From the NCBI GenBank assembly GCA_043228905.1, contig JBHGNT010000020.1:10354001-10418000 (forward strand): a stretch of 64,000 nucleotides of DNA. The letters run 5' to 3'. The position numbers and the translations under genes are program-made. The notes below the pieces were generated by a model, which had not been told where the DNA came from, ran no database searches, and was given only the letters and a program-made list of their open reading frames with translations. This DNA comes from Azolla caroliniana (lineage: Eukaryota > Plantae > Polypodiophyta). Shown piece by piece: positions 1 to 11,064 of this stretch (its first letter is position 1; every line of letters starts with the position of its first letter).

Positions 1-1
1 T

Positions 2-1495
2 AATTCAAATCAAACCCAAAGTTCACTTCGAGGGTTGTACGATGAAGGCAAAGATACGGTAGAGGGTTTTTCTATGGATTCACCATTTGGTTTGTCAAGG
101 AGGTTTGACTATGTGAAGAAGTCAAGCTCAGACGAGAATTCAATTCAAGATGTCAACAGGGAAGAGGTGACTATGGTAGAGGGTCTGGATATGGAGTCAC
201 AATTTGGTGAGGTAAGGAGGTTTGACTATGTAACAAAATCAAATCAAATGAGTAATTCATCTCAAAATGTAAGCGATGAAGAAGTAGCTACTGTAAAGGT
301 TTCCGATAGGGAGTTACAATGTGATGGGTCAAGGGTGCTTGAATTTGTCCAAATGTCAAGTCAAGTTCAGAATCAAGATCCAGATGTAGACAATGGCTTG
401 GTTATGGAGTCACAAACTCGTAAGCCATGGAGGTTTGACTATGTGAATAAGTTAAGTCAAGCCTGTAATCCACAGGATCTGTATAGAGATCTCGATATTG
501 AAGGAGTAAAAATGCTAGAGGGCTTGGGTATAGAGTCAGGATCTAGTTGGTCAAGGGTATTAGGGTATGCAAAGAATTCAAGTCAAGATCAGAATTCTTC
601 AGACGAAGGGTCAACTTCTAACAGAAACTATGTGCTACCCGTATTTACTGATGATGCATTGAGTGGGGCTACATCTATTAGTAGGACATTTTGCAAAAGG
701 TGTTGCTGGGGTCAAGAAAGTTTGATACACTCTAGAAAATGTTTCGATGATAATCTGTTGACTTATGTCAAAGAACCCTGTGATAGATATGCTAAAGGAA
801 AATTGGGTCTTTGTGGATTGCACGGGGCTCTATTGGAGGATCGAAGAGTGCATGGAAGTGCTACTTTCGAGAGAGTAGGTTCACTGATGGGTGAAGCTTT
901 CGAGTTGATAGACAAGAAAGAGAACTTTCTATCAATCTTTAAAGAAGGTCAACACTGTGATGGTGGTAATGATTGCAATGATCATAATGGTTGTGATGAT
1001 ATGATAGCCGGAAGCTTTAAAGGAGGTCAACATTGTGATGGTGGTAATGATTGCAATGATCATAACGATTGCGATGATATGATAGCCGGTGAGGAATATA
1101 TGTTTGAATCAAATTCACCTATGATAACTAGTGGAGAACAAGATGATATAGTTCAAGAGGATACTCAGCTTTCTCCTAAAGTAGCAATATTCTCATCAGA
1201 TCTTGGAGTACCTTACCAGATGTTGACCTTCGACACTTCATCACCTGGGGTCTCACTTAAGCAAGAAGGAATTCCAAGGGTAGGTTCTATTTTGAAGTCT
1301 CGTATTTCATCAGGTAATATACTCAGGCCTTCGGCCATGCAAAGGTATGCATCTCTTAGGAAAAGATCAGACTCTGGCCAAAAACACAAAGCCAATCTAG
1401 AGGAGGATGACAATATTTTTGATATGTCTTCTTTGGATCTACCAGATGAGAGAGTACATGGTGGCAACATAATGTCACTTCTAGGTGAAATGTGA
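2..1495 (+). CDS. 3' part of a divergent loricrin-like / WRKY19-like zinc-finger family protein (At1g64140/At5g64550 type); the frame is open to the window edge
   Basis: KRCCWGQ...PCDRYAKGKLGLCGLHGALLEDRRVHGS and the C-terminal LPDERVHGGNIMSLL match the family motifs KRCxWG...PCxxFARGKxGLCxxH...DxRVHGG and PEGRVHGGxLMxLL. There is no stop from position 2, so the listed TTG start at 35 is probably not the real start. Confidence 0.75.
   Translation, partial: NSNQTQSSLRGLYDEGKDTVEGFSMDSPFGLSRRFDYVKKSSSDENSIQDVNREEVTMVEGLDMESQFGEVRRFDYVTKSNQMSNSSQNVSDEEVATVKVSDRELQCDGSRVLEFVQMSSQVQNQDPDVDNGLVMESQTRKPWRFDYVNKLSQACNPQDLYRDLDIEGVKMLEGLGIESGSSWSRVLGYAKNSSQDQNSSDEGSTSNRNYVLPVFTDDALSGATSISRTFCKRCCWGQESLIHSRKCFDDNLLTYVKEPCDRYAKGKLGLCGLHGALLEDRRVHGSATFERVGSLMGEAFELIDKKENFLSIFKEGQHCDGGNDCNDHNGCDDMIAGSFKGGQHCDGGNDCNDHNDCDDMIAGEEYMFESNSPMITSGEQDDIVQEDTQLSPKVAIFSSDLGVPYQMLTFDTSSPGVSLKQEGIPRVGSILKSRISSGNILRPSAMQRYASLRKRSDSGQKHKANLEEDDNIFDMSSLDLPDERVHGGNIMSLLGEM
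938..1093 (+). repeat. In-frame 78-bp tandem duplication (FKxGQHCDGGNDCNDHNxCDDMIAG x2)
   Basis: Two near-identical units start at 938 and 1016. Confidence 0.95.
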
Positions 1496-2395
1496 GGTCT
1501 CAAGAGCGTTAAACAACATTGCGTACCCACATCTGACTCATAGAATGTTAAATGTCAACTAGTTTTGTGGTTTTTGATGTGAATAGAGCTATGTACATAC
1601 TTTTTATGTTCTCTTAATGGGAAATTTTGGTAAGCCAACTTTCCCCGTTCGAACATTGTAAGAAGGGCGCAAGAGCTTTGTAGTAACGGTATGGGATATC
1701 TTAATTAGGAGTAAAGCTTTGAATATTGCTATTTGAAGAAGTGAACGGACATCTTGTTGAGATTATTGAGATTGGGTTCACCATATTGACACCTTTTATA
1801 GATAAAATGTTGAAAAAAAAACATGTATTCACGGGGCATGGTTAGGGGAGGGTTAGATGGCAAAAGCATGTCTGTGTGGGATTGGTTCAAACTCCACTAG
1901 GTCTAAAATTTATGACGTTTTCATGGGTCGGATTAGGGCAAGATGAATGTGGAGGTAGGCAGCTGAACCACAAGATTCCAGTACAACCCACGAGTAATTT
2001 GGGAGAGATAAAGGAGGATCGTTCCACATTTTGGGAGTGATTGTTTTGCATGGTGGTTGTCACTCATAGTGGGCTGAGAAATGAAGAAATTTTGCGAAGG
2101 TGGAGGTAGACAATTGGAGCACATGAGACCTAAGGGCAATAAAATTGTGAGATTCAAATATGCATGAAAGATGCAAGACCTTGAAACTTGATAAATGAGT
2201 AATGTTACTTGTTTTCGGTTGTAAATTACAATGCTACGTTACTATTGAAGGTTTGTGTTTTAGAACATTCTAGTTCACTCTTTTCCCATCCATTTCACAA
2301 AATTTCTTGACTAGGTCCTCGCATTGTTAGATATGTGGGGGGCTCTTAAGATTGACATGAATCTAGGAAGGCGTTCCATTTGATGTGCTATATTT

Positions 2396-3420
2396 GAGGG
2401 GATATATAGTTCAAAGAGAGATAGATGGAAGATTGGGTGTATCGCAAGGTGATTTAAGTTAAGATGATATATGACAGTGATATATGATAGAGTTGATGTA
2501 GGGGATTCGAAAAAGTAATATATGTGGCAACCTAAAACGTTGGAACAATGAGCTAAAAGAAAAGAAGACAAGAAACTCCTCCATGTATAAGCATATAAAC
2601 ACAAAGAGAACTTATACTTCACACAAGTGATTTAAGAGGTTGGTTGCCATTTAAATGAGAGAACAAGGAAATCTGTGGTTAACAACAGGTTGTACAACCT
2701 AGAACAAAATTATGCTATTATAGAAAAAGATGTGCAAGTGTGGGTATGTTAGATGTTAGACACACATGCAAACAAATGCTCAACACATACACAAATCAAG
2801 GAAAAAAAGGTTATGCAAGAATCAGTTGATGCAAAACTAGAAGAAAGGAAAACAAAAATATACTTGACAATAGATTTTTTTGTGACAGATTGAAACAATT
2901 GAGAATTTATTTGACTTCCTATTCTTCATAATCATGAATTTCAACGAGTGTTGTTGGTTTTGGAATGTGACATTGTATATCCAAGGGGATATACATTTCG
3001 AAGAGTGATACATGGAAGATTGGATGGATCATCAAGTGACCTAGTAAGCTAAGATGTTAGATGGTAAGGTTGACTCAGGAAACTCACAAAAGTAATATGT
3101 GTGACAACCTACAACACCAGAATAATAAGCTAAAAGAATGACAAAAAATGCCTCAATGTAAACACAAAGAGGACATGTACTCAACGTAAATGATGATCCA
3201 AATATTAAGCATGTGATTGTTAAGGTTTAATACCATTTAAACAGAAAAACGAGGAAATTTGTAGTTTAACAATTGGCGGTAAAAGTTAAAAACAAAACTA
3301 TGAAAGGAAAGGAGTGCATATGTAGGACATTAGATGGATAAGCAAACACATCGTTGCCACATACACAACTAAATGACACAAAGGCTACACAAGTGTTCAT
3401 TGATCTAAATTCAAGAATAA
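2396..3420. repeat. Old degenerate direct duplication, about 590-bp period
   Basis: Colinear blocks ggggatata...atggaagattgg...aaaagtaatat...caaccta...taaacacaaagag...ccatttaaa...ggaaat occur at about 2396-2860 and 2984-3420. Confidence 0.6.
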
Positions 3421-4549
3421 GAACAATCAATGATGCAAGTAACGAAATCTAATATGCAAATGAGCAACAACCTACATTTTCAATGTCAAGCAAATGTTGT
3501 TAAACCTATCATCCATCAAAGGGTCTAAGGTTTAGGGCACATCTTTGTATTGATGCCTCCACGTGATATCATAGTTGAAGAGTCTAGATTGATGTATACC
3601 CTATTGTTGGTGAGTCGGGCGAGAGTGGTTGTTAATTACTCTCGAGCCACTATTGCTCTTATAAAAGGAGGTTGATGCACTACTGTAGAATAGGATGTTA
3701 TTACTAAGGTTTATACACACATCACTTACATACCCATTTAGCAAATAGTTTGTTATGTGCAACTTATTGAACAACACCTTGCAGTGGCTAAAAAGAAAAA
3801 TATAAATAGGTGAAGCCTCTCTTATTATTTGTTTTTGTTTGTTCTATTACTATACTTGTGGCATTTCCTAGCTCTCTTGTCATCTCTTGTGCTCTCTCTT
3901 GCTTTGAAGCTCACTTTTGGTCTCCTACTATGCTAGGCATAATTGGATATATTCCTAGCATAGTTCTAAAATTGGTCTATAGTCGTACAATCAAGAATCT
4001 CAAGGTAAAGATAGACAAGTGCAATTGCTTGTTGTATAAATCAATTTACAAGTCCCTATCATAGTATTGCTTGAAAGTTCCATGTCAAATACCAAGCTCA
4101 TTTCTATAAACATGTAGAACATTGGCATTAAAAATCTTCCGTAGATGGGTTCGAATCAAAGTAGATATCTCCATCATGATCTCTAATTCCCAATGCCCCA
4201 TTTGAATGAGGCTACTCTACTTTCTCCGGCATAAGAAAACAATCAATTGAATGATGTAACTTAGACCAATCCAACATTTGCACGTATACCTACCAATAAT
4301 CAATTTGATTGTGTTGATAAGAACCATGCATCCTTAAACATTTTACCTATGTTGCGGAATCAATAACTTTAAGGAAAAATGATAATAACAACTCTACGAA
4401 TTGACAAAATCTAAAATATATTAAAAAACTAATATTTTTCTTAGATATAACAATTTACACAACTTTGAATGATTACCTTTATGTGAGGAATTTGTTTTGA
4501 CAACTTGCAAGCTTCAACTGGATGCTTGGTTCAAAGCACTCTATCATAG

Positions 4550-5099
4550 CTTTAACAATTCTAACATTATAAAAAATGGCTATTTTGATTATAGGCAGGT
4601 AGTTGAGTTACCTACAACCAACTAAAAAGTTGTTTTGTTATCCATGAAGATGCATACTTGACCACTGAAACAATCTTCAAGTGATCCTAAATAGTTTTTA
4701 TCAAAGTGGGTTGCATCTCCAACCTCTGGTTTAAACAAATATGAAGTTGAAATGAACAAAAGCAACATCAATAGATTCAGACTGTAGATTTGAGGTTGTC
4801 ATTTTACCTCTCTAGCTGAATGTCAAGATTGCTCAAGATCCCTCCATAGTCTCTCAAGGACAAGGGTAATATCTCAAGGATACAAGAGGATACACAAATG
4901 TATAGCTGCTCTTCTAACGATGAAAAGATGCGGAACAATTTGGGAATTTATTCTTATAAATGTGCAATAGTACCGGATTGCTTATTACAAATGGTGTTCC
5001 CTTATGGCCCAACACTAATGGTTTTACATGTAGAAAACACAATGGAAATAGTGTGATTGACTATGTGTTACTTTCCGAACTTGGTATTTTGGATCGTAG
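4550..5099 (+). mobile_element. LINE apurinic-endonuclease domain remnant; left boundary approximate
   Basis: Translates to NGVPLWPNTNGFTCRKHNGNSVIDYVLLS, an APE FT...S.IDY motif, and is cut by the Copia LTR at 5100. Confidence 0.65.
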
Positions 5100-5643
5100 T
5101 GTTGAGAGATCAAGCTCAACTTAGTTTAGTTAGTTAGTCAACCATGTAACTTTGTAGTTACCTGGATAGAATCTAGTTAGAAGTGTTGATTATAACGCCT
5201 TAAATAAGACCTTGTACTTAAGTGGGATATTCTAGATCCTCCACTCCTAAGTACATTTAATATAGGACTTACACTTTTGTACCTATATTATCCTCACACA
5301 TGTGCACCCTTGCACATGAGATGTATATATACCTCATTGTAGGTATTTGTTGAGAATCAAGATCAACTTGGTATAGTGTGTGAACTCACCTTGAGAGTGA
5401 AGAGACACTCCAACAGTCAAGAGTCACCATTATGTCACCACTTTGTATTCTAGCATTTAGTATGAGTCATAGAATCATATTCTATGACACATAACTTATG
5501 AGCTTTCACATTCCCCATGCTCCATGAGGCTTGTAGTTAATAAAGAGAGAGGGTGACTACATAAAGCACCCTCCTCCCACCTTGTATAATGTTGAGTCTT
5601 TCTCCTTTGTCAATATACTTTTACCTTGCGTATTCTCTTTGTT

Positions 5644-5678
<35 letters not shown>

Positions 5679-5844
5679 CACACACACAACTCACATCTCT
5701 TCCGCTTCACAAGAATCCATCTCTTGATTCTTTACATGGTATCAGAGCGATTTGGTAGCTCGATCTAGCCCATTCGCCTCATCGTGATCGTGTGGTGTGC
5801 TCCACGCCGACGACCAAGAACCGGCTCATCGCTATTGTAGCTTC

Positions 5845-6303
5845 GCTACATAGCTCGCATTCAAAGAGAGAAGAAGAAGAAGAAGAATCGACATAATGAA
5901 TACTCAAATGGGGAGCGCTCTCCCTACCGAGAAGTTGGATCGAAACAACTTCACATCTTGGGAGTACAAGATGCACCAATACCTTGTCGGACAAGGCGCT
6001 ACATAGCTCGCATTCAAAGAGAGAAGAAGAAGAAGAAGAATCGACATAATGAATACTCAAATGGGGAGCGCTCTCCCTACCAAGAAGTTGGATCGAAACA
6101 ACTTCACATCTTGGGAGTACAAGATGCACCAATACCTTGTCGGACAAGGCGCTACATAGCTCGCATTCAAAGAGAGAAGAAGAAGAAGAAGAATCGACAT
6201 AATGAATACTCAAATGGGGAGCGCTCTCCCTACCGAGAAGTTGGATCGAAACAACTTCGCATCTTGGGAGTACAAGATGCACCAATACCTTGTCGGACGA
6301 GGC
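5845..6303 (+). repeat. 3 x 153-bp tandem repeat spanning the leader and gag start
   Basis: Units start at 5845, 5998 and 6151; each contains the gag ATG. Confidence 0.95.
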
Positions 6304-9300
6304 TATTGGAGCTACATTAAAGGAGCGCATGAAGACCGACCCGCCGAAGCGGCTCCCGGATACGCGACATGGGAGCAAGCCGCAAGCCGTGTGATGTATT
6401 GTTTGGCGACATGTGTTCACGACCACATGCTCGGTTACATTCGAGAAGCCAAGACGCCGAAGGAAGCGTGGGAAAATCTACGAAAGATTTTCGCCGCCAA
6501 CACGACTGCGAGGAAGCTTCAACTCCGCCAAGAGTTGAACAACATTCAACAAAGGGATATGTCCATCACAACATACACCTTGAAGATCAAGGAGCTTATC
6601 GACTCGCTCGGCTCAATAAGCATAAGTATAGATGATGATGAGATGGTGCAAATATGCCTCGGCGGCCTCGCACCATGGTTCGGCGCGATGCGAACCGCCG
6701 TTCTAGCACGAGAGAAATCTCCCTCCTTCGTCGAGCTCCAATCAATGCTATTGGTCGAAGAAAACCACGTGCGTACAAGGAGCAATGAGTCGGAAGGCCA
6801 CATGCTCTACACGCACTCTAATGGAGGAAGAGGACGTGGACGAGCGAGAGGCCGATTTGGCCAAGGACAAGGCGGACGAGGTCTGACCTACGACAACAAC
6901 TCCCAATTTCGGCCACAAAATGGAGGCCAACGAGGAACCTTCGCAAGAAGGGGGAGCTTCCACTCCGGCCCGAGCCGTCAAAATGCAACCGAATGAGGAT
7001 ATTGCGGAAAGCTCGGCCACCACGAAGAAGAGTGCCGAAAGAAGATGCGTGAATCGGCTTCCACAAGCCGACAACTCATGAATTACGTGCACAATTCCGA
7101 CTACGAAGAGTATAGCGGAATGTACGGGCACAACTCCGACTACGAGGATCGTGGCGGAATGTATGCATACAACTCCGACTGTGGCGGAATGTTCATGATG
7201 AAACATAGAGCAAAGTCTATGTCGGCCTCTACCTCAACTAGTGCCCTCAATCCGGAGGACGTATGGTTTGTTGACTCCGGAGCCTCAAACCATATGAAAT
7301 CCCACAAAGAATGGTTTCTCGAACTTCGAGAGCCGGAGCGACCCGGTTATGTCGAAACTGGAGATGACACTATGCACCCGATTCGGCACATCGGCAATGT
7401 TCCGTTTGGTGAAAGAGGTAAGCAAACATACATTAAAAATGTCTTGCATGTACCCACCATCACAAAGAATTTGGTCTTGGTCGGCCAAATGGTTAAGCAA
7501 GGGATGCAAGTACGATTCGACCAAGAAGGGTGTTTCATCGAAAAAGAAGGCCGAATCATCGCACGTGGTAGAAGAGAGGGCCGAATGTTCATTCTCGATT
7601 CGCACGAGATGAAATCCGCCATGTTCGCGAAAAGCACGAAAGCCGAATCCGACATAGAGCTATGGCATAAGTGAATCGGCCACATCAATCTCAACAAACT
7701 CAAAGCAATGAAATCGAAAGGAGTTGCCATCGGACTCCCGACATTCAAAGAGAAGGAGATTGAAGGTGTATGCGAAGCGTGCCAATTCGGCAAGCAACAC
7801 CGACACCCATTTCCGAAGGAACCGAATGTGAGCAAAGGCGTACTCGACGTAATTCATTCCAATGTATGGGGTCCGGCTCAAACGGCGACATTCGGCGGAT
7901 GCCGATATTACGTGCTCTTCATCGACGACTTTTCTAGGCACACTTGGATCTACCCGATGCGGCAAAAGAGCGAAGTGTTCGGACACTTCCAAAATTTCAA
8001 GAATGAAGTCAAGAAAGCCACGGGCCGACATGTATGATGCCTTCGATCGGATGGCGACAAGGAGTACCTCTCGGACGATTTCACGACGTATCTCCAAAAG
8101 GAAGGAATTCGGCGAGAATTCACTTGCCGACACACTCCGCAACAAAACAAAGTAGCCGAGTGAAAAAATCGGCACATCCTCGAAGTAGCGCGGGCCATGA
8201 TGAACGAGAAGCATATGCCCAAGTCATATTGGGCCGAAGCGGAAAATACGACCGTCTACCTAATGAACCGGTGCACAACATCCGGCGTGCACGAGGCTAC
8301 TCCGCACAAAAGATTCTTCGGAAAGAAACCGAACCTACACATGTTCGGATATTCGGTTCCATTGTGTACATGTACATCCCCGACGAGAAGCGTCAAAAGC
8401 TCGACCCGAAGTCGGAGAAATGTATCCTCGTAGGATACTCACTGGAGCAAAAGGGGTATAAGTGCTACAACCCCTCAACTCGAAAATCTCGGGTAAGTCG
8501 AGACGTCGTCTTTGACGAGTCCGCATCCTGGTACGCACCAGAGACAACTTCGACTCCGACCCCGCTCGACTCGGAATCCACCGAACAAGAGGTAGAGGAC
8601 GAAGATCACCTTACGGGCATGTTCGAAGAAAGTCCGATCACGACCCGATTGAGCGGACCACAAGAGCCTTTGAGCGATCAAAGCACATCACGGCCTAGCC
8701 CGAAGATGGACAAAGGCAAGGCGAAAATGGCGGAATACGAAGACGATCGCTTCACCGACAATGAGTCAACTCACTCACTTGACAGTGAGTTCGGTGGTTT
8801 CGAGGTACCAATCGGAGCAAAGAAAGCCCTCATCTCTGCAAATGAAAAGCTCCGCCGATCCACTTGTGAAAAGAACCCCGTAAGCCGATTCGGCTACAAC
8901 GATTATATGGCGTACCATTACGCCTTTATGATGAAGGTAGCAATAGTACGGGAGCCGGAAACCTTTTCCGAAGCCGCAAAGGACCCGCGATGGATCGAAG
9001 CAATGAACGAGGAGATGTAGGCACTACGGAAGAACGAGACATGGGATCTCGTTCCCACCTCACCGCACAAAAAGGCGATCGGATGCAGATGGATCTACAA
9101 AGTGAAGTACAACGCGGACGGTTCCGTCAACCGCTACAAAGTTCGACTCGTAGCGAAAGGATATGCTCAGACACATGGCATCGACTATGAAGAAACCTTT
9201 GCCCCAGTGGCAAAGATGACGACGGTGCGGACCATAATTGCGATTGCCTCGGCGAAAGGGTGGCACCTCCATCAAATGGACGTCAAGAACGCCTTTCTAC

Positions 9301-10583
9301 AAGGCGAATTAGAAGAGGAGGTGTACATGATCCAACCACCCAGCTTCAACTTGAGCACCCATTCGAAAGCTATATGCCGACTCAAGAAGCCACTCTACGG
9401 CCTCAAGCAAGCACCGCGTGCTTGGCATTCGAAGATAACGCAATATCTTCATCAAATCGGCTTCCGTATGTCAAAATCGGACAACTCCCTCTACATACGA
9501 AGCGATTCCGCAAGTCCGATCGTCATCATTTTATATGTGGATGACCTAGTCATTGGAGGTGAGCATCTCGTCGAAATCAATAAAGTCAAATCCCTCCTTT
9601 CCAACAAGTTCGAGATGACGGACATGAAGGAGCTCCACTACTTCCTCGGCATCGAGGTAATTCGGACTCCGGCCGGAATCATGATCTCTCAACGGCACTA
9701 CATCCTCAACTTGTTATACAAGTTCGGGATGGCTGAGTGCAAATCTGTGGCAACCCCGCTCGATCGTAATATCAAACTAGATGCGAACTCCGGCACCAAA
9801 GCGTGTGAGCCGACTCAGTATCGGCAACTCATCGGGAGTCTCATCTACCTCACGATCACATGACCCGATCTGAGTTATCCGGTCGGTCTCCTTAGCCAAT
9901 TCATGCAAACACCGCGTGATACTCACTTGGATTGCGCTAAGCGAGTTCTACGCTACGTGAGCGACATAATGGATTGCGGCATCCTCTACAAGACCGCGAT
10001 GCCAATACAACTCGAGGGGTACAGAGACGCCGATTGGGCCCGCTACAAAGCTGATAGAAGATCAACCTCCGGATTTGTTTTCTCCCTCGGTAGCGGAGCA
10101 ATATCCTGGAGTAGCAAGAAGCAGCCTACCGTTGTTCTTTCTAGTACAGAGGCGGAATACAGGGGTGCAACCGTAGCTGCGTGTGAAGCCGTATGGCTCA
10201 AGAGGATTTTGAAGGATCTGGGCGTACCCATCAAGGATCCGACTTCCCTTTACTGCGACAACATGAGCAATATCTATCTGGCTCGGAATCCAATGTTCCA
10301 CGCGCGGACAAAGCACATCGAAGTGCACTATCACTTCATCCGAGAGTGCGTTTTGGCTAGAGATGTCGACCTACAACACATAAGAACCAATCTTCAAACG
10401 GCCGATATCTTCACTAAAACCTTAGGAGCCGACAAGCTATGGAAATTCATGAACGATCTTGGATTGACGATCCCTGACCTGCCAAGCTTGAGGGGGAGTA
10501 CTGAAGACACTACGCACAACGAAGAGCCGATCTACCGCGCAAAGCCGCGAAGAAAGACGCAAGCCGAAGCACAGACTTCGTAA
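6202..10583 (+). pseudogene. Copia gag-pol polyprotein with stops and one frameshift
   Basis: Gag, zinc knuckle (*GYCGKLGHHEEEC), WFVDSGASNHM protease, FIDDFSR integrase, LYVDD RT and KHIEVHYHFIRE RNase H. Confidence 0.95.
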
Positions 10584-11011
10584 CTACGCACAACGCAAGC
10601 TGGAGCACGGATTCCGCAACTCCGCATAAAGCGAGTCGACGCGGACTCTGGAACGCGAGTTGAAGCGGATTCTGAATACCGTCTGAAACCGACCCGACTT
10701 GAGCTTGAGGGGGTGTGTTGAGAATCAAGCTCAACTTGGTATAGTGTGTAAACTCACCTTGAGAGTGAAGAGACACTCCAATAGTCAAGAGTCACCATTA
10801 TGTCACCACTTTGTATTCTAGCATTTAGTATGAGTCATAGAATCATATTCTATGACACATAACTTATGAGCTTTCACATTCCCCATGCTCCATGAGGCTT
10901 GTAGTTAATGAAGAGAGAGGGTGACTACATAAAGCACCCTCCTCCCACCTTGTATAATGTTGAGTCTTTCTCCTTTGTCAATATACTTTTACCTTGCGTA
11001 TTCTCTTTGTT

Positions 11012-11064
<53 letters not shown>

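Noticed and set aside
5779-6426. 215-aa repetitive minus-strand ORF
   Set aside because: Antisense shadow of the 153-bp triplication.
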